In this document: one piece after another, positions 18,140 to 26,665 of the stretch | How the letters are laid out: every line of letters starts with the position of its first letter | Position numbering within the stretch: the first letter of the stretch is position 1 | Origin: Sedimenticolaceae bacterium | GTDB lineage: Bacteria; Pseudomonadota; Gammaproteobacteria; Chromatiales; Chromatiaceae | Direction: 5' to 3' | DNA length: 64,000 nucleotides | NCBI GenBank assembly: GCA_963691905.1 | Contig: OY829891.1 | Coordinates: forward strand, 293,795 to 357,794 | Position numbers and translations under genes: made by a program | The notes under the pieces: generated by a model | What the model was told of the DNA's origin: nothing | The model's database searches: none | The model's input: only the letters and a program-made list of their open reading frames with translations

Positions 18140-18361
18140 CGAGGGCGAGGAGAGTTTGGGGTCAGTTCCTGGGGGCGGCCGACACCGATGGTGGAGTGGT
18201 TTTCCCAATCGATGAGATCGAACTGAAGCCCCTGGGATTAGCGGCATCCCGATTGCAGGCCTTGAAAAATCATGCACCGCCTGGCGCTCTTCAGCCATGT
18301 CGCCGGGTGAGGCGAGGAACACATGATAGATCTTGCGATCAGCGGATTTCGGCGACAACAT
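18140..18361 (-). pseudogene. 5' fragment of a DUF4062-NACHT gene (frameshifted and truncated)
   Basis: The first 31 codons (MLSPKSADRKIYHVFLASPGDMAEERQAVHDF) parallel the target-2 N-terminus. Nucleotide homology then continues in another frame (..FDLIDWENHSTIGVGRP). It ends at about 18140, where the duplication junction lies. Confidence 0.8.
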
Positions 18362-18444
18362 GGTTCATCCCTGGCTACAACGGTGGAATATAACCTACGG
18401 ATCTTTTGTTGGAAATTCAATTCCGTACATCTCAGGATCATCGG

Positions 18445-18526
18445 CATCTCGACCGCAGGAAGGGGTCTCCTGCTTGTATCCCGTTGGCAGCAATGTAGCA
18501 TGAGATCTCTCCCTACGGTCGAGATG
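18445..18526 (-). other. Conserved structured intergenic element, copy B
   Basis: The hairpin is the same 82 nt as 16013-16094. A G-C pair in copy A is replaced by A-U, and a G-U pair by G-C. Confidence 0.5.
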
Positions 18527-18573
18527 ACAAATGATCAGGGATATCGCAGGTAATGCGGAATCAGACAACCCCA

Positions 18574-20451
18574 TCAAGGCCCAGCCGCATCACCGACCAA
18601 ATCCAGCACACTCTCACCGGAGAGGCCATCGAGCGCCACGAAGGTACCTCTGGTGTAGTTAGGAAGTTCCGCAATGGCGTCTTCGAGTCTTGTGGTGATA
18701 TCCGCAACACTCAACGCCAAAGCAGCCATAACATTCGCTTCCGATACGGTGGGATCCTGTAGCAGGATACGCGTGCAAATCTCCTGATAACGCGCAGTAT
18801 CCCCTTTTGTCGCCGATATGAGTGCCCATTGAACCCATTCGCTGGCGGCCGATAGCCTGTACTCACGGATGACCGCTGGTTGCCCGGCTGCCGGGAGTGC
18901 CAGGATCTCATCCATCGTGTATTGCAACTGGCGGGTACGAGCCCGAGCCTCGAACTCAAGCACCCGCTGGTGAGTGATGCCCCCGGATGCTGCGTCATCG
19001 GCAGCGTGAGTCAGCTCATGGATGACCAGTGACCGCGAGTCGATAGACGCAACGTTCAGACTGGTCGGCAGATAGAGCGTATCTCCCTTTGCCTCATCGG
19101 TCCTGCCTACTGATGAATAGAACGCAGCAGAACCGTCACCTGAGGTGATACGCCGGTAGGCACGGGGTATAAGCGCATCGACCTTTATTTGACCGCTTCT
19201 GATCTGCCCCGCAGTGGCGTGGCCTGCCTTCCTGGCGATGACATAGACGATCCCGGCCATCACCTTATCGCCGGAACTGCTGTCGGAGGCCGCATTCAAC
19301 ATCGCACCCAATACCTCCAGGGCGGGAATAGTGTGCATCTGCATGTAGGCAATCAGTGCAGTCGCCTGTGTTTGGAATTGTGGACCGGCGTGCTGCAGGA
19401 TCTCTCTGGTTGCCGCCGCATCGACCTCTGCCAATAACGCCAGTCCACGTTCAAGATCGACGCCCAATGTGGTAACGGCATCCCATAACTGCAGCATGAG
19501 GGCATCCGGTATCTGTTCGCGTCCTATATCGCGAGCATGCTGACGGTTGGCATCGGTGATCGTGTTGATCGGAATGGAGAGGGCACCCGTCCCATGAGCC
19601 TGAAGCAATGGAACATTGACAGCGTTGAGCATCGCCGCCATCAAGAGCCGCTCAGCGTTGTTGACTGAACCTCTGACCCGTAGTGCATAGATACGCAGTG
19701 CATTGAGTTCATTATCCGTCAGCGCGCCATCACCGACAAAACGTTTTATACGCGTGAAGAAGCCTGCAGTGATACCGCTGCCAACCCGAAACAGATAGTT
19801 ACCGGTAGGCACATTTGCCGCATCGAGCTCAATCTCCCGCTGGATCATTGAAGTCCGTTGCAGGCCTCCAGCGCCACGATTCTGTTGCACCACATGAGTC
19901 AACTCATGGGCCAGCAGGTGTTTTCCGGTTTTCGTCTCGGGATTGTACTTTCCCGAGTTGAAGTAGATGTCTTTCCCGTGGGTAAACGCCTGGGCACCGA
20001 CAGCCCTGTTCAAGTTGACGGATTCACTGTCTGTGTGTAGCCGCACATCACTGAAGTCGAAACCCAGCGACTGCGACATCTCCGTGTGGGTTCGTTTTGG
20101 CAGTCTACTGCCGCTTCCCTTGGAGGATTGCAATCTGGCAGCCATACCGGCGGGAGCAGAAGGTGCGACTGCCCGGTGACTCGCCCGACGTTGAATGGTG
20201 AAGAAACCCTGCTGTTGCTGTGATGAAGCGTGTCCAGAACGCTGAACAACTGCGGTGGCGACGTTGTCGGCTTCCTTCTCATACTGATCGCCGGGCTGTC
20301 CGATCGTCAGCTTTGTCTGAAAGAACGCACCCTGCTGAGACCTCTGCCCCGATGCCTTGCCGGTATGGGAGAAAAACGGTTGCTCCTGCCTGTCAATCGC
20401 TTGGATTCCACGCCGCCTGCGTGGACGATACGCTCTAATGTCCCTGTTCAT
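18574..20451 (-). CDS. DUF4157 (zincin-like) domain protein, paralog B
   Basis: 625 aa and collinear with paralog A. The first 62 residues are identical, and divergence rises toward the C-terminus. Both HELTHVVQQ and HELTHAADD are retained. Confidence 0.8.
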   Translation of the reverse strand: MNRDIRAYRPRRRRGIQAIDRQEQPFFSHTGKASGQRSQQGAFFQTKLTIGQPGDQYEKEADNVATAVVQRSGHASSQQQQGFFTIQRRASHRAVAPSAPAGMAARLQSSKGSGSRLPKRTHTEMSQSLGFDFSDVRLHTDSESVNLNRAVGAQAFTHGKDIYFNSGKYNPETKTGKHLLAHELTHVVQQNRGAGGLQRTSMIQREIELDAANVPTGNYLFRVGSGITAGFFTRIKRFVGDGALTDNELNALRIYALRVRGSVNNAERLLMAAMLNAVNVPLLQAHGTGALSIPINTITDANRQHARDIGREQIPDALMLQLWDAVTTLGVDLERGLALLAEVDAAATREILQHAGPQFQTQATALIAYMQMHTIPALEVLGAMLNAASDSSSGDKVMAGIVYVIARKAGHATAGQIRSGQIKVDALIPRAYRRITSGDGSAAFYSSVGRTDEAKGDTLYLPTSLNVASIDSRSLVIHELTHAADDAASGGITHQRVLEFEARARTRQLQYTMDEILALPAAGQPAVIREYRLSAASEWVQWALISATKGDTARYQEICTRILLQDPTVSEANVMAALALSVADITTRLEDAIAELPNYTRGTFVALDGLSGESVLDLVGDAAGP

Positions 20452-20608
20452 TATATCGGTGTTTTTTCAGATCCTCCCTTAAAAGGTAGACCACTATTCA
20501 CTGATCTGCCCGTAGAAGCGCTGCCCCGGCACGATCCGGCGTGGTGGTGGAATACAGGCGCCTTTTCGCCGCGGGGGGCGGCTCCTACAAAGTGTAGTCG
20601 GACTGTCG

Positions 20609-21592
20609 TCACACATTCTCAAGCAGTTTGGTGACTTGTTCCTCAAGCTCTTCCGGGCTTTTATGCAACCGTTTGGAATAGAGCCAGTTCACATGGGTAC
20701 CGACATTGAGCAGACCGGTTTGAGCCTTGGCACGGTCACGGGCACGCACTGGTAAATTTTGACTCAAGGATTCGCGCCACTGTATAAGCCTTCCGCGTTT
20801 GCGTGTCTTTTCACCATCCAGCACACAAAACAGCTGCCGTTGTGTCACGGCAAGCCAAGTACGTTGTTTAATGGTGCGGAACAGCAGCACTCCATCGACG
20901 ACGGATTCTCCAGTCTCGCAGAATCCGGACTCGTCTATCAGTTTACGTACACCGTTCCAGGTATAGAATTCGTTGCCAGAGGCATTCCTCTCCTTAAACG
21001 GCTCTGTATAGATGGGTTGTGTGGAAATGGAGGCAGCAATGATCTCCTCGACAATTTCTGCCTCTTCCTCCACCAACTCCTGACCACTCCGTTCGCTCTC
21101 CAGTTGTTCATCGATGCGCAGGGAAAATTCAACAAGTTTTTGCTCCCATTCATGCTTTGGCAGTTCCGACATTGCCTGCCCCGCATCAAATATCTGAATC
21201 TCCTGCAACCAAGCGGTTTCGCGCCACAGACAGGGGCGGATGATGAGTGGAAAAATAGCGAGTTCGCCACTGTTGGAACGGTCGATCAATAATGGCAGTT
21301 CCTGTTCGAGGATAAACTCAGAAGCCAAAAAGTCGGTCGAAACCAACAACACAGCCACCCTCGCCTGCCGGATGGCATCCTCTATCTCAGGCTTCCAGTT
21401 GCTGCCGAGATCGATCTGTTTGTCCGACCAGGCGCGATAGTGAAATCTGGCATTCTGATACAGGTTCCCACTCTTCAGATCCAGCGATTTCAAACGGGTA
21501 AACTTGAGAGAGTCCAGAAAGGCGATAAGCCGCTCATGCCAGTCATCATCGAGATGACTATAGGAGACGAATATATTTATTTCCTTACTCAT
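20609..21592 (-). CDS. TIR domain protein with an uncharacterised C-terminal domain
   Basis: 327 aa. The N-terminus reads INIFVSYSHLDDDWHERL...IEDAIRQARVAVLLVSTDFLASEFILEQEL (TIR_2-like). I could not assign the C-terminal ~130 aa. Confidence 0.8.
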   Translation of the reverse strand: MSKEINIFVSYSHLDDDWHERLIAFLDSLKFTRLKSLDLKSGNLYQNARFHYRAWSDKQIDLGSNWKPEIEDAIRQARVAVLLVSTDFLASEFILEQELPLLIDRSNSGELAIFPLIIRPCLWRETAWLQEIQIFDAGQAMSELPKHEWEQKLVEFSLRIDEQLESERSGQELVEEEAEIVEEIIAASISTQPIYTEPFKERNASGNEFYTWNGVRKLIDESGFCETGESVVDGVLLFRTIKQRTWLAVTQRQLFCVLDGEKTRKRGRLIQWRESLSQNLPVRARDRAKAQTGLLNVGTHVNWLYSKRLHKSPEELEEQVTKLLENV

Positions 21593-21671
21593 TGGTCTTT
21601 ACTTTTAACTCAAGTTTCCGAGTTTGTGGTGGTAATTGGCATGGGGCGTGGCTTCTCTAAATGTGACGAAC

Positions 21672-21730
21672 GTAGGGTGCGCCGTGCGCGCCATGATTGC
21701 TGCTTGTTCTGGTGCGCACGGCGCACCCTG
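21672..21730. repeat. REP unit GTAGGGTGCGC...GCGCACCCT
   Basis: This is a palindromic unit. A related copy lies at 30904-30963. Confidence 0.6.
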
Positions 21731-21804
21731 CCAGACCGTGTTCGCGGCGAGGCGCCGCACCTACGGGTGGTTCATGCTGTTCATACCATTATTGTTGTCA
21801 GTCG

Positions 21805-22932
21805 CTACCAAAGCATAACAGCCGTTTCACCTGCCGCATTGGCCCAGTAAAGACGAACGCGGAGAATATAGGTTGTGCCTTTCATCAGTCGATGCTCGAT
21901 TTTGGCGTTGTAGTCAGAACCGCTGTCATCATCGGCTTGAAGATAGATGGGATCATCGGTCCCGTCATCCTCAAAAAGCACCATCAACGTATCGGCTTCT
22001 CCAAAAGACTGCATGGTGTATTTACGGGTTGTTTTTGGCTTGATAACCAGATTCACCTGCCCACCCGCTTCAATCTGAATGACTTCAGACTGAAATGGCG
22101 TCAGATCAACATAATCTTTTTTTCTCAGCGCCGGATAGAAATGCTGTACCCAGGCTTTGTCTTTGGAAGACAGGCCGGCAGCCGGATGAATACCCACAGA
22201 ATCATAGGGAGACGGCCCTTCAATCAGGGCAGCACGGAATTCGTAATGCATGATGGAGTTGCTGTCCCAACCCGAACCTTCCACATCACTTTCAGAAACC
22301 GCGTCCAGAATATTGCGGTCGATTTTTCTGCGACTCCAGTTATTCGGTGGCCCGCTAAAATAGTCGTAGACCCCCTGCCTGTTCCACTGAATACCCGAAA
22401 ACGGGTTCTGATGTTCATGTTTGCCACCGAGGGAATGGCCAATCTCATGCAGCGCCGTATCCTTGCCGTGGGATGTCGTCAACGACCAGCCAAAGTTCAT
22501 CGTCCGCCGGTTTTTTGAAACATTGCCCATCGGGTAGGTGCCGATATATGACCAGGAACCTTCGTCCTGATCAAAGCCGATCCTGATTTCAGCTTCATCG
22601 AGATTTCTTACCTCAACAAATTCAAGACCTATACCCAGATCTTTCCACTCCTTAAAGGCTTTTCTCACCGCACGCTTGTCAGCGGCACTGCCTGTCCATT
22701 TTTCCGGCGAATCATGTTTCGCGTGTTCGAAAAAACAGTAGTGGATAACCGTACCGTTTACCCAGATGTTATCCATGTCCAGGATAAATGCAGCCCGTCC
22801 CGGATCGACATCCTGCGGCACTTGGCGCAGTGCCATTTCCGGCATATCACAAAATTTACGACCCGCTTTTTCCGCTTTGGAAGCACTCACCTTCTTGGTC
22901 CTTCTTACGCGTGTTTTTTTCTTGATTACCAT
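21805..22932 (-). CDS. Astacin-like (metzincin, M12-type) zinc metallopeptidase with PPC-like C-terminal domain
   Basis: 375 aa with HEIGHSLGGKHEH (HExxHxxGxxHE) and an SIMHY Met-turn. The C-terminal ~100 aa resembles a pre-peptidase C-terminal domain. The N-terminus is basic (KKKTRVRRTKK) with no obvious signal peptide. Confidence 0.7.
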   Translation of the reverse strand: MVIKKKTRVRRTKKVSASKAEKAGRKFCDMPEMALRQVPQDVDPGRAAFILDMDNIWVNGTVIHYCFFEHAKHDSPEKWTGSAADKRAVRKAFKEWKDLGIGLEFVEVRNLDEAEIRIGFDQDEGSWSYIGTYPMGNVSKNRRTMNFGWSLTTSHGKDTALHEIGHSLGGKHEHQNPFSGIQWNRQGVYDYFSGPPNNWSRRKIDRNILDAVSESDVEGSGWDSNSIMHYEFRAALIEGPSPYDSVGIHPAAGLSSKDKAWVQHFYPALRKKDYVDLTPFQSEVIQIEAGGQVNLVIKPKTTRKYTMQSFGEADTLMVLFEDDGTDDPIYLQADDDSGSDYNAKIEHRLMKGTTYILRVRLYWANAAGETAVMLW

Positions 22933-23033
22933 CCCATCCTCCTGCCCTTATCCGACATTGGTCTATCAGAAGATATAGCACAAGCAGAATAATGTTCCCA
23001 GAAACACCCGTGTTTAACACCATAAAAATAGTA

Positions 23034-23109
23034 TGTAGGTCGGGTTAGCGATAGCGTAACCCGACAATCCTTTGATTTTGTTGGGTTACGCTGCGCTAAC
23101 CCAACCTAC
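23034..23109. repeat. 76-bp double-hairpin REP (TGTAGGTCGGGTTAGCG...CTAACCCAACCTAC)
   Basis: A near-identical 76-bp copy lies at 40112-40187. Confidence 0.75.
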
Positions 23110-23132
23110 TCATAAATTTTTACAACACGCTC

Positions 23133-25151
23133 TTATATCTGGTTGATGCGGAAGCACCTGACGCGGTGGGTCTCTGAAATCGTGGTTTCAGCAGGATATC
23201 CGTCACTGCAGGCTGCAACGGCCTCGGGACAGCGGGGGTGAAAATGGCAGCCCAGCGGCGGATCGGCGGGGGACGGCATGTCTCCCTCAAGGCGGATCAC
23301 CGAACGCTGGAAATCGGGATCGGGCACTGGCACGGCCGAGAGCAGCGCCCTGGTATAGGGATGCGCCGGCGACCCCAGCACCTTCTCGACACTGCCCTGC
23401 TCCACGATGCGGCCCAGATACATCACTGCCACCTCATCGGCCAGATAGGAGACCACCGAGATGTTGTGGGTGATGAAGAGGTAGGATAACTCCAGCTCAC
23501 GCTGCAGAGATTTCAACAGATTGAGGATCTGTGCCTGCACCGACACATCCAGCGCGCTGGTGGGCTCATCGCAGACGATCAGTTGCGGCTCTACCGCCAG
23601 GGCACGGGCGACACAGATGCGCTGACGCTGACCGCCAGAGAACTCATGGGGGTAACGTTTGGCCGCATCGGCATGCAGACCCACTTGCTCCAACAGCTGG
23701 CTGATCCGCACCTTGCGATCTCTTTTTTTACCGATCTTCTGCGCACGCATCCCCTCGGCGATGATCTCCCCAACCAGCATGCGCGGGTTCATGGAAGACA
23801 TTGGATCCTGAAAGATGATCTGCATATCCGCGCGACGCTGGCGCAACGCCTCTCCCTTCAATTGTGTCAGCTCGTCTTCACCAAACTTCACCCGCCCATC
23901 GGTGGGACGGATCAGTTGCAATATGCCCTTGCCCACAGTGGTCTTGCCGCAGCCAGACTCGCCCACCAGGGCCAGGGTTCGTCCTTTGGCGATCGACAGC
24001 CCGACACCATCCACTGCCAGCACCTGCCCCACCACGCGCCGAAACACGCCTTTATGGATGGGAAAGTGGACCTTGAGATCCGTCACATCCAGCAGGGATT
24101 CGTCACCTGCCCGGGACAGGATATGGGTTTCCGCCTCGACGGCTCTATCACTCAGCGTAGGCGTGATCGGGTCGTCAGCATAGATAAGGCAGCGTACGCC
24201 CTGCCGTTCGGTCAGGTCGACCCAGTCAGGGATCTCACTACTGCAGCGAGGCGCTGCCTGTTCACAGCGATCCGCAAAGCGGCAACCCGAAAACTGCTGG
24301 TTCAGCGGAGGCACCGTCCCTTTGATGACCGCCAGCTTTTCATCCCGTTTGTGACTGTCCGGCAGAGATTCAAAAAGCTTGCGGCTGTAGGGGTGTTTCG
24401 GGCCTTTGAAGAAAGTAGCAACATCTGCAGTCTCAACAATCTGCCCCGCATACATCACCGCCAGGCGATCGGCAGTCTCCGCCACCACTCCCAAATCGTG
24501 GGTGATGAGCAGGATCGCCATGCCGCTCTCCTGCTGCAACTGTTTCAGCAGGTTCAACACCTGGGCCTGGATGGTGACATCCAGCGCAGTGGTGGGTTCA
24601 TCGGCTATCAACAGTTCCGGCCGGCCGGCCAGGGCCATAGCGATCATTACCCGCTGTTTCATACCGCCGGAGAGTTGATGGGGATACTCTCTGGCACGGC
24701 GCCGGGGGTCAGGTATACCAACCGCATCGAGCAGTTCCACCACCCGCTCCGTCACCGCCGCACCATTCAACTTGTCATGCAGGCGCACCGCCTCGGCAAT
24801 CTGATCACCGATGCGCAGCACCGGGTTGAGGGAGGTCATGGGTTCCTGAAAGATCATGCCCATGCGGCCACCCCGCACCTGGCGCATCTCCTGTTCGGAA
24901 AGGGTCAACAGATCCAGACCGTCAAGTTTGACATGCCCCCCGCTGATGCGTCCGGAGGGGGGCAACAGGCGCATCATGGAGAGTGCAGTCATCGACTTGC
25001 CGCAGCCAGATTCCCCCAGCAGCGCCAGCGTCTCGCCCTTGCGGATGGTCAGATTGAGGCCATCCACCACCCGCACCGGATTCTGCTTGTTGCCGAGCCG
25101 GGTATGGAGATTTTCGATTGCTAACAGGTGATTTTTCATGGGCAATATCAC
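23133..25151 (-). CDS. Peptide-type ABC transporter, fused double ATP-binding protein (YejF/DppDF-like)
   Basis: 672 aa with two Walker A motifs (GESGCGKS twice), two LSGG[MQ] signatures and two C-terminal oligopeptide-type extensions. Confidence 0.8.
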   Translation of the reverse strand: MILPMKNHLLAIENLHTRLGNKQNPVRVVDGLNLTIRKGETLALLGESGCGKSMTALSMMRLLPPSGRISGGHVKLDGLDLLTLSEQEMRQVRGGRMGMIFQEPMTSLNPVLRIGDQIAEAVRLHDKLNGAAVTERVVELLDAVGIPDPRRRAREYPHQLSGGMKQRVMIAMALAGRPELLIADEPTTALDVTIQAQVLNLLKQLQQESGMAILLITHDLGVVAETADRLAVMYAGQIVETADVATFFKGPKHPYSRKLFESLPDSHKRDEKLAVIKGTVPPLNQQFSGCRFADRCEQAAPRCSSEIPDWVDLTERQGVRCLIYADDPITPTLSDRAVEAETHILSRAGDESLLDVTDLKVHFPIHKGVFRRVVGQVLAVDGVGLSIAKGRTLALVGESGCGKTTVGKGILQLIRPTDGRVKFGEDELTQLKGEALRQRRADMQIIFQDPMSSMNPRMLVGEIIAEGMRAQKIGKKRDRKVRISQLLEQVGLHADAAKRYPHEFSGGQRQRICVARALAVEPQLIVCDEPTSALDVSVQAQILNLLKSLQRELELSYLFITHNISVVSYLADEVAVMYLGRIVEQGSVEKVLGSPAHPYTRALLSAVPVPDPDFQRSVIRLEGDMPSPADPPLGCHFHPRCPEAVAACSDGYPAETTISETHRVRCFRINQI

Positions 25152-26548
25152 TACCGGCTAGTGCGCAGTCTGGGATCAAAGGCATCCCGCACCACATCCG
25201 AAAAGAGATTGGCAGAGAGCACCAGGGTAAACATGAAAATCAATGCCGCAGCCAACGACCACCAGACGATCGGTTCACGAGCCATTTCGAGCCGGGCGCT
25301 GTTGATCATGTTGCCCCAACTGTTCATGGTCGGATCGACACCGATGTTGACGTAGGAGAGCACCGCCTCCGCCAGCACCAGACCGCTGAAGTCGAGCACC
25401 AGTGTGATCAGCACGATATGCAGCACGTTGGGCAGGATATGACGGCCGATGATGGTGAAATGGCCGACACCGAATGCCTGGGATGCCTGCACATACTCAA
25501 GCTCCCGCAGCTTGAAGGTCTCACCCCGCAACATACGGCAGAGACCGGTCCAGCTGGTCACCCCCAGGATCATGCAGAGAAAGAGCAACCGCAGGTCGGC
25601 CCGCTGGGTCAGGCTGGCAAACTCCGCCTCGTGATTGCTCATGTAGATCTGCATCATGAGGATTGCGGCGGCGATCAGCAACACCCCTGGAATAGAGTTG
25701 AGGGTGGTGTAGCTGTATTGGATCAGATCGTCCACCCAACCCCGGAAATAGCCTGCCATGATGCCGAGCAGGATCGCAGCAGGCAACATCACCATGGTCG
25801 TCAGGGTGCCGATCAACAGTCCGGTGCGAATACTCTTCAACCCCTGATAGAAGACATCCTCCCCCACTTTGTCGGTGCCGAAGAGGTGGTACTGAACCGC
25901 CAGTTCACCCAGGATAAAACCGAGCACCAACAACACGCCCAATGTAGTGAGCACTGTACGCCAGGGGATTGGCGTCTCATAGCGGATCACCCGTGACTGC
26001 ATCTGCCCGAAGGTCAAACCCTCCCGCCTCGCCATCAGCGCCACAAACAGGACGGAGAGACCCAGCCAGCAGACTATGCCCTCCAGCGTTCCGTGTATGA
26101 CATTAAGATAAATATCGGAAGCCCAGTCGAGTTCAGGGTCTGCCAGATGAGCGCCGCCGAACTTCAGCCGAGGATAGTCACGTTGGCTTTTTCCACCAGC
26201 CAGTTCGATGGTCTCCTTGGCGTAGAGGTGTGTTGCCAGCGGTGCCGAATAGGTCTTCTCGGTGCGGGTGCGCAGGGGGGTGACCATGAGATCGAAGAGA
26301 CTCAGCACCTCAGCGGTCTCCCCCTCTGTGCCATCCATATCGGGATGGTAGTGAATGGAGTCGAGCAGGCCGATCAGGATATAGCAGGAGAGCACTACCA
26401 GCGCCCCCATACCCACCCGGCTGCGCGCCACATGCCGCCAGGGGGCACGCAGATGTTCCCGCCGACTGGCGAACAGGGCAAAGCCGACTGCCAGTAAAAC
26501 CAGCAGGAAGACCAAGGCGTCGGTCCAGAGAATCACCAGATCAGGCAT
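25151..26548 (-). CDS. Peptide-type ABC transporter permease (YejE-like)
   Basis: I set the start at the ATG at 26548 (MPDLVILW). The upstream 13 codons of the ORF-track call run through a REP element. Confidence 0.75.
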   Translation of the reverse strand: MPDLVILWTDALVFLLVLLAVGFALFASRREHLRAPWRHVARSRVGMGALVVLSCYILIGLLDSIHYHPDMDGTEGETAEVLSLFDLMVTPLRTRTEKTYSAPLATHLYAKETIELAGGKSQRDYPRLKFGGAHLADPELDWASDIYLNVIHGTLEGIVCWLGLSVLFVALMARREGLTFGQMQSRVIRYETPIPWRTVLTTLGVLLVLGFILGELAVQYHLFGTDKVGEDVFYQGLKSIRTGLLIGTLTTMVMLPAAILLGIMAGYFRGWVDDLIQYSYTTLNSIPGVLLIAAAILMMQIYMSNHEAEFASLTQRADLRLLFLCMILGVTSWTGLCRMLRGETFKLRELEYVQASQAFGVGHFTIIGRHILPNVLHIVLITLVLDFSGLVLAEAVLSYVNIGVDPTMNSWGNMINSARLEMAREPIVWWSLAAALIFMFTLVLSANLFSDVVRDAFDPRLRTSR

Positions 26549-26558
26549 GGATCCCCCA

Positions 26559-26627
26559 GGGGTCGGAGTCAAACCGCCCAATCGCATTCCATTTGTCCAA
26601 CACCCAGCCCGGTTTGACTCCGACCCC
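26559..26627. repeat. Short-form GGGGTCGGAGTC REP (GGGGTCGGAGTCAAACCG...CGGTTTGACTCCGACCCC)
   Basis: This is a perfect 18-bp terminal inverted repeat, located between the two permease genes. Confidence 0.85.
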
Positions 26628-26665
26628 TATCTTCAGGTGCGCACGGCACACCCTACCAGACTGAT

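Noticed and set aside
20609-21592. Thoeris-type defence system based on the TIR gene.
   Set aside because: No ThsA-like (SIR2/SLOG or Macro) gene is in the vicinity. The TIR protein has a different C-terminal extension and different neighbours.
26548-26587. N-terminal extensions of ORF-track calls that run through REPs. These affect the YejE-like gene to 26587, RAYT to 44107, and the hypothetical gene to 49213.
   Set aside because: The extra codons translate the REP palindrome (..GLTPTPGG.., ..RLRPL..). They start at non-ATG or poorly placed codons. Internal ATGs give N-termini consistent with the protein families.
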